Source of the DNA: a virus
Taxonomy: Duplodnaviria; Caudoviricetes
Length of the DNA: 43,132 nucleotides
Virus record (IMG/VR): IMGVR_UViG_3300032373_000034
Coordinates: 1 to 43,132 of that record
Strand: one strand, 5' to 3'
Under the pieces are notes generated by a model, which made no database searches, was not told the DNA's origin, and saw only the letters and a program-made list of their open reading frames with translations. Shown piece after piece: positions 36,324 to 43,132 of the stretch (position 1 is its first letter; every line of letters begins with the position of its first letter). The position numbers were made by a program, and so were the translations under genes.

Positions 36324-36557
36324 CTATTCGTCCTCGAACGTATCAGAGACGAAAGCGTGAAGCGCCCTTGTTAAATCGACAATCGTTGAATCATCATCAG
36401 AGCAGGAATTGAACAAACGCAATTCGCCTTCTTTGCCTACAGCAACAACACAAACGCGGGTTAATTCCTCGCCATACAATTCAGCTATTGATTCCAGAAC
36501 GGCTTGTGGTGGTAATTCGTTTCGGGTTAGGCCGGGAAAGCCTATCACGTTGGACAT
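36324..36557 (-). CDS. Hypothetical protein
   Basis: GGAG RBS; MSNVIGFPG.T. Confidence 0.7.
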   Translation of the reverse strand: MSNVIGFPGLTRNELPPQAVLESIAELYGEELTRVCVVAVGKEGELRLFNSCSDDDSTIVDLTRALHAFVSDTFEDE

Positions 36558-36637
36558 AGCTTTCTCCGAAAGGTAAATCCCACGCTCACCGCCTACGCTT
36601 TACAAACAGCGTTTTCTAGGTGTGTGCGGGGCGTGGG

Positions 36638-36673
36638 AATAGAAAAGCCCGCCACTCGTGAGAATGACGGGCT
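36638..36673 (-). terminator. Intrinsic terminator/attenuator in the terS leader (tR'-like)
   Basis: 12-bp stem AGCCCGTCATTC/GAGTGGCGGGCT with G-U pairs, then TTTCTATT. Confidence 0.65.
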
Positions 36674-36681
36674 GTGTTGAA

Positions 36682-36908
36682 TTGGCCTCAACCTATCCGC
36701 TGTGTCGGAGCGCGTCACAGTCGCGCAAATCAGAAGAAGGCCAAACTGTATCTCCTACCCCGGAATGTGGAGTCGAACCACAAGCCTCGCCGTTACTTCC
36801 TAGGATTTACGAACGAAGCTGCATCCCATGCTTGGGGCTCAGGAAGCTTGCCCATGCCGTCAACGGCTAGAGGGCTTTATCTCGTTTCAGGCCGTATTAT
36901 CGACCTGA
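36682..36908 (-). ncRNA. Structured leader RNA / small RNA
   Basis: Several helices between promoter and terminator, including a T-loop-like hairpin and a three-way junction with complementary loops. Confidence 0.55.
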
Positions 36909-36916
36909 CTAAATTC

Positions 36917-36945
36917 ACAATACCGCTAGGCTAAAACACTGTCAA
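36917..36945 (-). promoter_or_regulatory. sigma70 promoter (pR'-like position)
   Basis: TTGACA-N17-TATTGT. Confidence 0.7.
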
Positions 36946-37492
36946 CCGTTGCGGGCGTTTTTCTTATCCCGTCCCGATACGCCGAAACCAGAGCATCAAG
37001 GCCCGTTAGCAGGTTTTCAATGTCCTGCGCCTGATTGCTGTAATACAATCCAAGCACCGCCGCTTTTGCCCTAAGCCCCACACCATCCAGAGCGTCAAGC
37101 CCCACATCGTTCACAACCTCGGCACGTCGCAACACTTTATCGGGAGGCCCGTCAGACTTACCGCCTCGCTCTGCGCCATAGCCACCGATTGAAGGTGTTG
37201 TCCTGCCGTATAGAATATCCCTTGCTTTGCAGAGTTTCCTATAGGCTTCTTCTTGGGTGTCGCTGACAAGCCCTTTCGCTATCAGACAGTCAATCGCTAA
37301 ATCGTAAACGCCTGCCTTTCGGCGTTCCAACAATTCCGGCGTCGGCTCCACCCGCTCGTTAACTCGTTGTTGCTGCCCATTGCGTTCACGGTGCATGGAC
37401 AACGGCGAGCGACACAAAGGCAAAGGGCAAATGTTTGATTTAGTCTTACCAGACCAACCGCACTTGCAGACCTTGCGCTTTGGCTTACTCAT
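36926..37492 (-). CDS. Putative late transcription regulator (Q-like position)
   Basis: N-terminal Cys cluster, PTPE..L..KGL....Q.EA; precedes a promoter-terminator leader. Confidence 0.45.
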   Translation of the reverse strand: MSKPKRKVCKCGWSGKTKSNICPLPLCRSPLSMHRERNGQQQRVNERVEPTPELLERRKAGVYDLAIDCLIAKGLVSDTQEEAYRKLCKARDILYGRTTPSIGGYGAERGGKSDGPPDKVLRRAEVVNDVGLDALDGVGLRAKAAVLGLYYSNQAQDIENLLTGLDALVSAYRDGIRKTPATVDSVLA

Positions 37493-37776
37493 GCTGACGT
37501 GCTTTCCGGTTCGCCGCCGACAATCTCCGCTGTGGCATACACAACAGGGTTGCGGTCCAGAACAGCCTTCGCGTCAATCTCGTCAGGCTCTATCGTTGCG
37601 CGCCGTTTGCGTATCCACCCGCGAGCGCCAAGGAACGAACCAACAGCAACAGCCAACCATTCAGGGTCAACGCCGCGTCGGCAATCAATACCTTTAAGCA
37701 TTTCCCGGCCAACCTCTTTGCAATCGTCAACAAAGCGCGGGTCCATTTCGGGGGCTGTGCGTGGTTGTTCAGTCAT
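37489..37776 (-). CDS. Hypothetical protein
   Basis: AAGGAA RBS; overlaps neighbours. Confidence 0.6.
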   Translation of the reverse strand: MTEQPRTAPEMDPRFVDDCKEVGREMLKGIDCRRGVDPEWLAVAVGSFLGARGWIRKRRATIEPDEIDAKAVLDRNPVVYATAEIVGGEPESTSA

Positions 37777-38251
37777 TGCATAATTCCTTGCTCAATTCAT
37801 CACACCGCCGCAATTCAACCAGCTTTAAGGCGTGTATGCGGTCGGCCTTTGCCAACAACTGCCCCGGAGTAGGCATCCAGTTTTCAGTAGACCTTCGCCA
37901 TTCTCGGCAAGCCTCGGCAATCACAAACGGGGGAAGGTGTTCGGTGTCGTCTAACCAATCGTTCGCCCAAATACTCGCGCCAATGTCGTCGCGCTCTTGG
38001 CGAGGGTAGTGGGCCGACAAACTCTCCACGGCGGTCGCGTTCAAATCCGCGCTTCGCAACTCAAGAGCCGTTCGTAATTGCGTAGCGTGACGGTCCAGCG
38101 TCGATTGCAGGCCGTTCGTCTTGATTGCCTCCACCGCCCTCTCGACGTTCTGATAAAGCACTGGCAAAAGCGCCTCTGTGTCGCTGCGTATTAGCCTGTT
38201 TTGGGTTCGTGAACCGCTCATTGCCCTGCCTTGTTTCATACTTTCCCTCAA
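37769..38251 (-). CDS. Replication protein, helicase loader/inhibitor-like (start uncertain)
   Basis: W..D...LP...I..AC..WRR....WMPTPGQL; follows the initiator. Confidence 0.55.
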   Translation of the reverse strand: MRESMKQGRAMSGSRTQNRLIRSDTEALLPVLYQNVERAVEAIKTNGLQSTLDRHATQLRTALELRSADLNATAVESLSAHYPRQERDDIGASIWANDWLDDTEHLPPFVIAEACREWRRSTENWMPTPGQLLAKADRIHALKLVELRRCDELSKELCND

Positions 38252-38909
38252 TCACCTTAGCGAAATTCGCTTCGCTTGCAAGAAAATCTATATCGGCCTT
38301 CCAGCCTGACCCGTTTTCGCCCCGGCAAAAAGAACTGCCCGCCAACCTTTCGCAAGCATCCCGCCAGCCATCAACGCCTTCCGCCTTCAATCTGGCCTTC
38401 AATGCCGCTGCCCTCTTTGCTGGCATTTTCGCTCTCGGCTTTGCAAGGCCAACAGGAACACAAATCTCATTCCAAATATCAAGAGCCTCAATGGGCTTAA
38501 TCGACATATCTATAGATACGTTAGTATCTATATCTGGTTCTGGTTCTGTATGGTTTAGCGGTGGCTTTTGTAAGTCATTGTTTTTGCGTGGTCCGCTTGC
38601 GTTTTCGCGCTGTTTATCTTGAAGTTTCGCGAGACTTTCAAGCTCCGAAACTGCGCGGTAATTCGTTAGAAACTCACCCGAAGCCTGAATTTTGCCCCCT
38701 TCAATGAGCCGCAAACGGATGGATTTCCACTTCCGAATAGAGCATCCTAGAAGACCGGAAATATACCGCGCGTCGTCTGGCAGTTTGCCCGCCTGCATGT
38801 AAATCAAGTCCAGAACAACGCGGTAGGCGCACTTGTCCTCAAATGGCATCCCAATAGTGCCTTCGATAAAGTCGCGCGGATACGCCTTGTAATAAGGAAG
38901 CCCGTTCAT
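38061..38909 (-). CDS. Replication initiator / replisome organiser (DUF1376/YdaU-like)
   Basis: LPYYKAYPRDF..GT....E.K.AY..LDL.Y...G.LPDD; C-terminal S.F..G.N..GWKADIDFL....F.KV.EGKY. Confidence 0.8.
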   Translation of the reverse strand: MNGLPYYKAYPRDFIEGTIGMPFEDKCAYRVVLDLIYMQAGKLPDDARYISGLLGCSIRKWKSIRLRLIEGGKIQASGEFLTNYRAVSELESLAKLQDKQRENASGPRKNNDLQKPPLNHTEPEPDIDTNVSIDMSIKPIEALDIWNEICVPVGLAKPRAKMPAKRAAALKARLKAEGVDGWRDACERLAGSSFCRGENGSGWKADIDFLASEANFAKVIEGKYETRQGNERFTNPKQANTQRHRGAFASALSERREGGGGNQDERPAIDAGPSRYAITNGS

Positions 38910-39172
38910 TCCGCACCCATCCGTTCGCGGTGTTTCTTGCAGGCGTGGATAACGGTTGAGTGATCCAACCCGCCGAACATACGCCCAATGTTAGGGTAGC
39001 TGTAAGAACTAAGCCGGTCAGCGCGTGGACGCAGATATTTACGGACAATGTAGATTGCCTCATGACGAGCCGCGACCGCTGATCTAATGCGGGTTTTCCC
39101 CAGCACCATTTCAGGCCGGACATTGTGCTTTTCAGCACATTGCGCGATAATCTTACGAACCTTGTTATTCAT
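38906..39172 (-). CDS. DnaA C-terminal-like HTH protein
   Basis: ARHEAIY, SYPNIGRMFGGLDHSTVIHA. Confidence 0.8.
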   Translation of the reverse strand: MNNKVRKIIAQCAEKHNVRPEMVLGKTRIRSAVAARHEAIYIVRKYLRPRADRLSSYSYPNIGRMFGGLDHSTVIHACKKHRERMGAE

Positions 39173-39306
39173 TTCATTACTCCCGTTATGCGGCCATCTA
39201 GGCCATTGCGTCTTAACCAGCGAGACAGGGCGACCTTAGACACGCCCAATTTTCTCCCGGCTACAGACAAACTCTTGCTTTTCGCAATCGTGCGAATCCG
39301 TTTCAT
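39169..39306 (-). CDS. 45-aa HTH protein (not in ORF track)
   Basis: SLSVAGRKLGVSKVALSRWLRRNG; ATGA overlap with the next gene. Confidence 0.55.
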   Translation of the reverse strand: MKRIRTIAKSKSLSVAGRKLGVSKVALSRWLRRNGLDGRITGVMK

Positions 39307-39313
39307 GCTCTGG

Positions 39314-39688
39314 TCACGGTTCAACATTGACCGACCCCAAAAACCTTACCTCTACCCGCCCGCCCTTTACGGGCTCCTCAAAGCCGTAAGACGTGATCCA
39401 ATAATAATCGTCAACACCTATAGCGTCCGCCACTCCGTCTTGGCCGGATTTGAAGGCGGCAATCATGTTGTCCCTGTCCCGCTTGCGGCGGTTGGGCGGG
39501 AAAAAGGTTATCACTACTCGCGGCTTTGGATCGGCGCTGAACGCATACTTGTTGCGCTCGGACACGGCCAGCATTTGGCATTCTGCCCGGTAGATTTTCT
39601 TAGCCTTCGCCAAAGCGGCCCAATGATTGCGACCGTTGGGGTTTAGGCTTGACGGCGGGAAGGGGAGGGCAACAACAAAATCAGTCAT
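39314..39688 (-). CDS. rusA: RusA-like Holliday junction resolvase
   Basis: LPFPPS.LNPN, F.PP.RRKRD.DN....K...DG.ADA.GVDD. Confidence 0.8.
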   Translation of the reverse strand: MTDFVVALPFPPSSLNPNGRNHWAALAKAKKIYRAECQMLAVSERNKYAFSADPKPRVVITFFPPNRRKRDRDNMIAAFKSGQDGVADAIGVDDYYWITSYGFEEPVKGGRVEVRFLGSVNVEP

Positions 39689-40080
39689 TTCGGCACTACT
39701 TTCCCGTCAAATGTTTTCTTGAAGTTCTTACAAAAGCCACGGCTCTGAATCTTGCGGGACCGGGTTTCGGTTTTAGGCTTGCGGCGGTTGCGGTCAGGTG
39801 TGTGCTTCCGGCGCTTCGCCATAGCGGCTTTGTCAGACGCCGTTTTAATCTTGTGGCAAGGGGTGCAGAGCTTCGCGCCATCCTTTGCCGTTAGCTTGCG
39901 GTCGCGGTCGCTTTCTTCACGCAATCCCTCTGGATATACGTGGTCGTAATCCTTGGCGGTGTTTAGGCACTCAATCGGGAATAGCCCGCGAATTGCCGGG
40001 GGCATAAAGTCACATTCGCAAATACCTTGCGAGCGTTCGTCCATGTCGCGCTTGGATTGGGCGTCGAACTCCTCACGCAT
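39685..40080 (-). CDS. HNH endonuclease-family protein
   Basis: GICEC, DYDH, LCTPCHKIKT..D; start at 40080 or 40107. Confidence 0.75.
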   Translation of the reverse strand: MREEFDAQSKRDMDERSQGICECDFMPPAIRGLFPIECLNTAKDYDHVYPEGLREESDRDRKLTAKDGAKLCTPCHKIKTASDKAAMAKRRKHTPDRNRRKPKTETRSRKIQSRGFCKNFKKTFDGKVVPK

Positions 40081-40260
40081 CAGCCAAAGCCTTGCGGACA
40101 TACTCACACAATTTCGCTTGGCGTTTTTTCTTCTCGCCTACAGGGGCAACAGCCGCGCGGTGAATGCGTCTTCGCCATTCAGAAGAGGGTTGGGCTGGCA
40201 CAGAGGGAGGGGCTGCACCAGCCCGCGCGTTAGCCGGAAGGGAAACCAGCCTCGCGCAAC

Positions 40261-40455
40261 TCATTGTTCTTTTTCCCGCAGGTTATCACGCCACCAACGA
40301 GGAGCAATGCCTAAAGCATCCTCTATCTTGATAGCAAGGTCAAACGATGGGGATTTGATTCCTCTTGACAGCTCACTTGCATGAGCAGCAGAGACTTTTA
40401 GCGTCTCACGCAATTCTCGCGCCAACACCTTCGGGTTTGTCATTAAATCTTTCAT
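40261..40455 (-). CDS. Cro-like XRE HTH regulator
   Basis: L...LKVS..HASEL.RG.KSPSFDLAIKIE..LGI....W. Confidence 0.8.
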   Translation of the reverse strand: MKDLMTNPKVLARELRETLKVSAAHASELSRGIKSPSFDLAIKIEDALGIAPRWWRDNLREKEQ

Positions 40456-40462
40456 GCCCTTA

Positions 40463-40491
40463 TAGATAACCGCTGATTTAATTTGCGTCAA
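40463..40491 (-). promoter_or_regulatory. Putative promoter of the cro/replication operon (possibly leaderless)
   Basis: TTGACG-N17-TATCTA, 7 nt before ATG 40455. Confidence 0.45.
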
Positions 40492-40560
40492 GCGAAAATA
40501 ATGCTTGCAATACTTTTCGGTGTGTGCGAAGAAAGGCTATCGAATAACGGGAGAAATGAC

Positions 40561-40737
40561 ATGGCAACTTATACAATAGAATGCAGCCGGACGGTTTTGG
40601 AAGTGGCGCACATCACAGTTGAGGCGCTTGAGGCTGGGCAGGCAATCGAAAACGCTCTTGGCCTGACTGACGAGGCTGATTGGTCGCGCGAAGACGTGCA
40701 AGAAATCATTGTTGAAGACGTAGTGTTGGAGGATTGA
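40561..40737 (+). CDS. Hypothetical acidic protein
   Basis: GGGAGA RBS, ATG 40561. Confidence 0.65.
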   Translation: MATYTIECSRTVLEVAHITVEALEAGQAIENALGLTDEADWSREDVQEIIVEDVVLED

Positions 40738-40739
40738 TT

Positions 40740-40970
40740 ATGGATATGGACACATCAATAAGCCTTGGTAGCGTTGCCGATACTGTAGGGCGCGCGACCC
40801 GATATGCCGCGAAAGCGGAGGGCATTGACTTTGCGAAGGAGTTAGGCGGGCGAATGTCCGGCGACACTTTCATGGGCTACGCGTTGGAGGCCGCAATTCA
40901 GGCGCAAGGGAGCCTTGCAGAAGTTATTGCAGCTCTGGAAACCGAACTCGCAAAAGAGGGGGCCGCGTAA
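40740..40970 (+). CDS. Hypothetical protein
   Basis: GGAGGA RBS. Confidence 0.65.
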   Translation: MDMDTSISLGSVADTVGRATRYAAKAEGIDFAKELGGRMSGDTFMGYALEAAIQAQGSLAEVIAALETELAKEGAA

Positions 40971-41135
40971 TGGCTAAAGAAACCCCCGCACCGACTTTGC
41001 CCGCACAGAGCCAGTCTTTCCAGAAGACTGCAAGAAGCCGCATGACGAGCGTTTGGCCGAGCGATTGAAGCTAATGGACGAATTGCAGCGGCTTGGGCAG
41101 GAATGTGACGCCGATGACGGAAAGGGAGACGAGAA

Positions 41136-41408
41136 ATGAACCCGCACCACGAAGATGCGCCGGAATGCTGCTTTTGCAGCGCGGTAGGTGAAGAATTGCG
41201 TTGGTATGGATGGGCAACCGAAACCAAACCAAGCGACCCGATTTGCGAGGATTGCTATTGCGACCCGTCAACAGACGAAGCCGCAGGCCCGGCGTTTGAT
41301 GATCTACCGCTCGCCTACTCCGCCCGCATCGAAACGCCGCGCGGAATGTGGGGCCGGTTTAGCCCTGACGAAATAGAAGCCGCAAGTTATAAGGAGATAA
41401 AGAAATGA
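41136..41408 (+). CDS. Hypothetical protein with two CxxC-like motifs
   Basis: GGGAG RBS; overlap with the next gene. Confidence 0.55.
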   Translation: MNPHHEDAPECCFCSAVGEELRWYGWATETKPSDPICEDCYCDPSTDEAAGPAFDDLPLAYSARIETPRGMWGRFSPDEIEAASYKEIKK

Positions 41409-41692
41409 ACGCGTTGCAGAAAACAATCCGCGATGGCGATGCTCTTTGGCAGCGTTGGGAGAATGAATTGAGTGGCTTTATTCAATACGCGAAATCGGGA
41501 GGCCCGAAAGTGCTTGATATTGGAGAGGCCGCATCAACGGGTGAGCATCTTCACGTCAACCTCCTACACCGCTGCAAAGACATGCGGGACGATGTGACGC
41601 TTCGCAAGATAGCGGGCGACAGGGGCTTTATTGAGGAAGCCCGCGACTTACTAACTGACACGCTGCAATGGATGGATAAGAACGATGGATAA
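41405..41692 (+). CDS. Hypothetical protein
   Basis: AAGGAG RBS. Confidence 0.65.
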   Translation: MNALQKTIRDGDALWQRWENELSGFIQYAKSGGPKVLDIGEAASTGEHLHVNLLHRCKDMRDDVTLRKIAGDRGFIEEARDLLTDTLQWMDKNDG

Positions 41693-42320
41693 GAAGCAAG
41701 CAAAAGAGGCTTTAGCAAAACTGCTCAAGAAATACAATTTCGATTCTTCGGCTATTTGGGATTGTCACGGAACGCCCGTATTGCTGCACAAGGCTTGCGA
41801 GCAAATTGCGATTGTTGAAGGCATCCAGTTTGAGCGTCCGGCGATTATTGAAAATAGCACCAAGGATGGCGTTGTGGCCGTCATGGTGGAAGGCGTGTTT
41901 GGCGACAAGCACGAATGGTCTTTTGGCGAGGTTAGCCCGAAGAACAACAAGAACGCATACCCTTATTCAATGGCAGAGAAGCGCGCCAAAGACCGCGTTG
42001 TTCTCAAACTGATCGGAATGTCGGGCTATCTTTATTCCGAAGACGAAATGGACGACTTCAAAGAGTCAAACCCCGCGCGCAAAGGCGCAGACCAAGCCCC
42101 AGCACCAGCCCGCAAGTCGGCGGCGCAGGCCAAGCGTGACGGAGACAACGACACGGTTCGCGACATTCTCCAAAGCGCGGACACCGCCGAGGAATTAGAC
42201 GCCCGCTGGCAGCAGGTTGAAAACGATTGGCTTCCGATCCTGCCCTTATCATGGGAAGACTCTATTCGGGACACTTACGAAAACCACCGCGACACACTCA
42301 AAGAAAAGGAAACAGCATAA
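41685..42320 (+). CDS. Putative ssDNA-annealing recombinase (Rad52/Sak-like)
   Basis: [34 protein letters not shown]; directly upstream of ssb and ninB. Confidence 0.5.
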   Translation: MDKKQAKEALAKLLKKYNFDSSAIWDCHGTPVLLHKACEQIAIVEGIQFERPAIIENSTKDGVVAVMVEGVFGDKHEWSFGEVSPKNNKNAYPYSMAEKRAKDRVVLKLIGMSGYLYSEDEMDDFKESNPARKGADQAPAPARKSAAQAKRDGDNDTVRDILQSADTAEELDARWQQVENDWLPILPLSWEDSIRDTYENHRDTLKEKETA

Positions 42321-42778
42321 TGGCCGGATCAGTAAATAAATGTATTTTAGTCGGGAATTTAGGGGCTGACCCTGAAATCCGCGCAATGAATAGCGGCGAC
42401 AAAATCGCCAACCTCCGCGTTGCGACTTCGGAAAGCTGGAAAGATAAATCCAGCGGTGAACGCAAGGAAAAGACGGAATGGCACAGCGTCGTAATTTTCA
42501 ACGAACATCTTGTGAAGGTTGCCGAGAATTATCTCAAGAAAGGCTCCAAGGTCTACCTTGAAGGCTCTTTGCAGACGCGCAAATGGCAGGACAAAGACGG
42601 CAACGACAAATACAGCACCGAAGTCGTGTTGCAGCGTTTCCGTGGCGAATTGCAAATGCTAGATAGCAAGAGCGAAGGCGGCGGCGGATACCGGGAGGCC
42701 GAACCTTCCCGCAATGATGACCGCCCGCAGAATGACGAATTAGAGGACCAAATTCCTTTCGTCCGGTGGGCTGACTAA
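42320..42778 (+). CDS. ssb: Single-stranded DNA-binding protein
   Basis: [54 protein letters not shown]. Confidence 0.95.
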   Translation: MAGSVNKCILVGNLGADPEIRAMNSGDKIANLRVATSESWKDKSSGERKEKTEWHSVVIFNEHLVKVAENYLKKGSKVYLEGSLQTRKWQDKDGNDKYSTEVVLQRFRGELQMLDSKSEGGGGYREAEPSRNDDRPQNDELEDQIPFVRWAD

Positions 42779-43132
42779 TGCGCCCTTGGTCCGTTTCCCT
42801 CACGTCTCCCGATAACGTGAAACTTGCGAAAACTGCCGTCGATAAGGCTTTTATCAAAGGCGGTATGCAGGTGAGTTTTGCGGAGGCGAAGCGGACCAAC
42901 CCGCAGAATGACCGCATGTGGAAGCTACTCGGCATTATCGCGGAAGCGAGGCCAAAGCACCACGGCATTTTGATGGCGGACCACGATTACAAAGAGCTGT
43001 TTCTCTACGCGCTATTCAAGGAAGCGCGGCTTGTGCCGGACATTGACGGCAACGGAATGGTGCAGCTTCAACGAAAATCTAGCCGCCTGACCAAACCCCA
43101 ATTCTCGGACCTATTCGAGATCATCCCCGCCT
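42778..43132 (+). CDS. ninB: NinB/Orf-family recombination protein, 5' part (wraps to 196)
   Basis: TAATG overlap with ssb; KRT.PQN.RMW.LL..IA. Confidence 0.75.
   Translation, partial: MRPWSVSLTSPDNVKLAKTAVDKAFIKGGMQVSFAEAKRTNPQNDRMWKLLGIIAEARPKHHGILMADHDYKELFLYALFKEARLVPDIDGNGMVQLQRKSSRLTKPQFSDLFEIIPA
42987..43132. repeat. Terminal direct repeat (right copy)
   Basis: Matches 1..146. Confidence 0.95.

Noticed and set aside
36740-36830. tRNA gene suggested by GGTTCGACTCC
   Set aside because: No cloverleaf, acceptor stem or CCA could be built; kept only as a T-arm-like hairpin
1-43132. Alternative genetic code, diversity-generating retroelement or retron
   Set aside because: Core genes are intact in the standard code, and no reverse transcriptase motif or template/variable repeat pair was seen

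Overview
The window is an apparently complete ~43 kb dsDNA tailed-phage genome, assembled as a circle: 1..146 repeats 42987..43132, and the NinB gene runs through the junction. It is podovirus-like. The minus-strand virion operon runs TerL, portal, GroES, scaffold, capsid, P22-like gp4/gp10/gp7 and ejection proteins, tailspike, peptidase endolysin, holins, spanins and a T5 A1-like metallophosphoesterase. There is a lambdoid-style replication/recombination module (Cro-like HTH, HNH, RusA-like, DUF1376-like initiator, putative SSAP, SSB, NinB) but no recognisable CI repressor or integrase. The host is probably alphaproteobacterial, based on the SSB sequence and GAAC-N7-GAAC SOS boxes. TerS and TerL are separated by a ~9 kb accessory island. 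The most unusual signals are non-coding: four alphaproteobacterial LexA boxes, two of them overlapping putative promoters; a ~260-nt long-range-paired RNA beside a LexA-boxed HNH gene; a multi-domain structured leader upstream of terS (kissing-loop junction, T-loop hairpin); and two arrays of small genes joined by repeated gene-start sequences. All protein family calls come from motif recognition by eye, and RNA structures from manual base-pairing, not from searches.
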